Shown here: positions 62,315 to 64,000 of the stretch, piece by piece
Layout: each line of letters opens with the position of its first letter
How positions within the stretch are numbered: the first letter of the stretch is position 1
Origin: Podarcis liolepis
Lineage: Eukaryota
DNA: 64,000 nucleotides
Reading direction: 5' to 3' (one strand)
Assembly (NCBI GenBank): GCA_965112155.1
Contig: OZ218100.1
The notes under the pieces: generated by a model
What the model was told of the DNA's origin: nothing
Database searches by the model: none
What the model saw: only the letters and a program-made list of their open reading frames with translations
Program-made: the position numbers and the translations under genes

Positions 62315-64000
62315 CTGTATCAAAATAAAATAAAAACAGCCAAATTAAAATAAATTAAGATCACTATTAAGAATGCCATCAAATATCAGTAGCGCCTCAA
62401 ACCCTCCCCCACCCCATCTCATTATGGTCCATCATTATTATGGGGTGGGGTGGGGGGTAGGGAGCTCAATCACAGCCCTGGCTCTTTTGGGCAAAGTCCC
62501 AAAGTGGCACGGATAACTTGGCATGAATCCCAGCTCCACTAATTCAAGCATGTCCCTGGGTGGCCTCTCCCATCACGAGTGCACAGAACCGAGTCTGACG
62601 CCTCCACACAGGAAGTACAGGACATTACAGAGTGGTGGGGGGCACAATAAAATCCTTCTCCAAGGATCCTAAATTTAAAAGAGGGCAATGAAGAGAAACG
62701 AAACAGAGCATAATAGCAAACAATGGATGGCCAACTGAAGAAGATAACAAGGGACGCACTCAGCAAGGGATCCTGTATGAGGCAATGGGAGTAGAAATAG
62801 GGACAGCCTTATCAATAAGTAAAAAGGAAATGGCTGATCAAGCTTAGGTAGCAATTTTCTTTAAGTCTTCTGTTTAAGAAACTAGAATCGGCCAGTGCCA
62901 CCATCAAGGTTTTCACTGAACCTTCAAAGGGCAGCTGGGAAAATCCCATTAATTTCTAGATGGCTGGAACTCTGGAACCAGTGATACTCAGATGCACAGC
63001 TGAGTGCACATAATGCACGTGGGGATTGCTTGTTTGAAAATGAAAGCACATCAAAGTATTTCAGTAAGTGGAAGGCCAACAGGTGGGGGGGGTAGCATAA
63101 GCACCTTCTCTTTGATGCGTTGACTTTACAAATGCATAGAAAAGTTGAATTAGGTGGCTGCTTGTTCGTGAGAAATGCCTTCTCCCACTCCCTGCTTCCC
63201 CTCACAAATTGTATTTTGAAGTGCACAGTACACAGAAGAACTGTCAGGAACAGCTCATTTGGACCTGGCTGTAGGTCTGGAAGCCAGTTTTTCACACTCC
63301 TAGCAAGGCCCCATTCAAAGGAAGACAGCTATGCAGACTGCAAGGCCTATGCTGGTCTCATGCCTGGCCCTGTCAGCCACGTGAACCACTGGAAACTGAA
63401 ACATCAATCCCAACTCCCCAAATTAGAGGCGTGTCGACATGATCTCTCTCCCTTAAGAAGCTACTTTGTTCTGGTACATTTAAGGGCAATTATGCCAAGT
63501 ATCTTTCCTAGTCGTCTCAGTTTCTATGCATGACAAAATATCCAGACCCATCATACACAGCAAATAAAACATGCGCCATGTTATTTGGGAGAGTTTATTA
63601 AAATGCTGGTGTCAACCAGAAGGGCCAGGTGTGCATTTTGGTGGGGAGGAGAACCACCCTAAATTTTCTTCTGTTAATTTTTCTTAATTTTCTTTAAATT
63701 ATGCTCCCCCCCCCTGCACCCCACTTAAAATGTTATGGACTATTTCAAGCATGGAAGGAAGTGCAGAGTAATTTTTACAGCACAGGAGACTCCAAGTGGA
63801 CTCTAGACCTTTAGCCCACAGTTTCAACAACTGTGTATATCGGAAACAAGCACTTCAGATTCTGTTTCCCATAAGTGACTATTTGCAGGCAGCAGAACAA
63901 TCTCCAAGTGTCAGTTATATCCATGATGACTCATGCAAATGGCATGTACCAGCTAGGATACAAAACCAAGAACAAAGTCCTATTTTAAACTGCAGTTGCT

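Overview
Vertebrate genomic DNA from a squamate reptile (Sauria/Squam-type SINEs; probably a lacertid lizard). The whole window lies inside the dystonin gene (DST/BPAG1, a spectraplakin) on the minus strand; the gene starts beyond 64000 and continues beyond position 1. I traced 34 GT-AG exons by hand with consistent reading phases: six CH2/plakin-start exons of the long a/b isoforms (62314-45612); the complete 24-exon epithelial BPAG1e/BP230 unit (own first exon at 43055, shared plakin exons, a 2.7-kb coiled-coil rod exon, and a terminal plakin-repeat exon with stop at 10093; 7797 nt, about 2598 aa); three downstream a/b exons; and the start of the giant BPAG1b plakin-repeat exon (2352 to the window edge). 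Introns hold SINEs, L1/L2/CR1 fragments, hAT and Tigger-like MITEs, microsatellites and a 130-N gap. The most interesting unexplained signals are: an intronic 120-codon frame ending at a phase-compatible donor (candidate internal first or cassette exon, 24052-23694); a roughly 1.3-kb decayed coding exon just before the BPAG1e rod exon; further candidate cassette or micro-exons; a uORF abutting the BPAG1e start codon; and two SINEs with different tRNA heads on one CR1-type tail. Comparisons with human DST and with repeat families are from memory, not from database searches.
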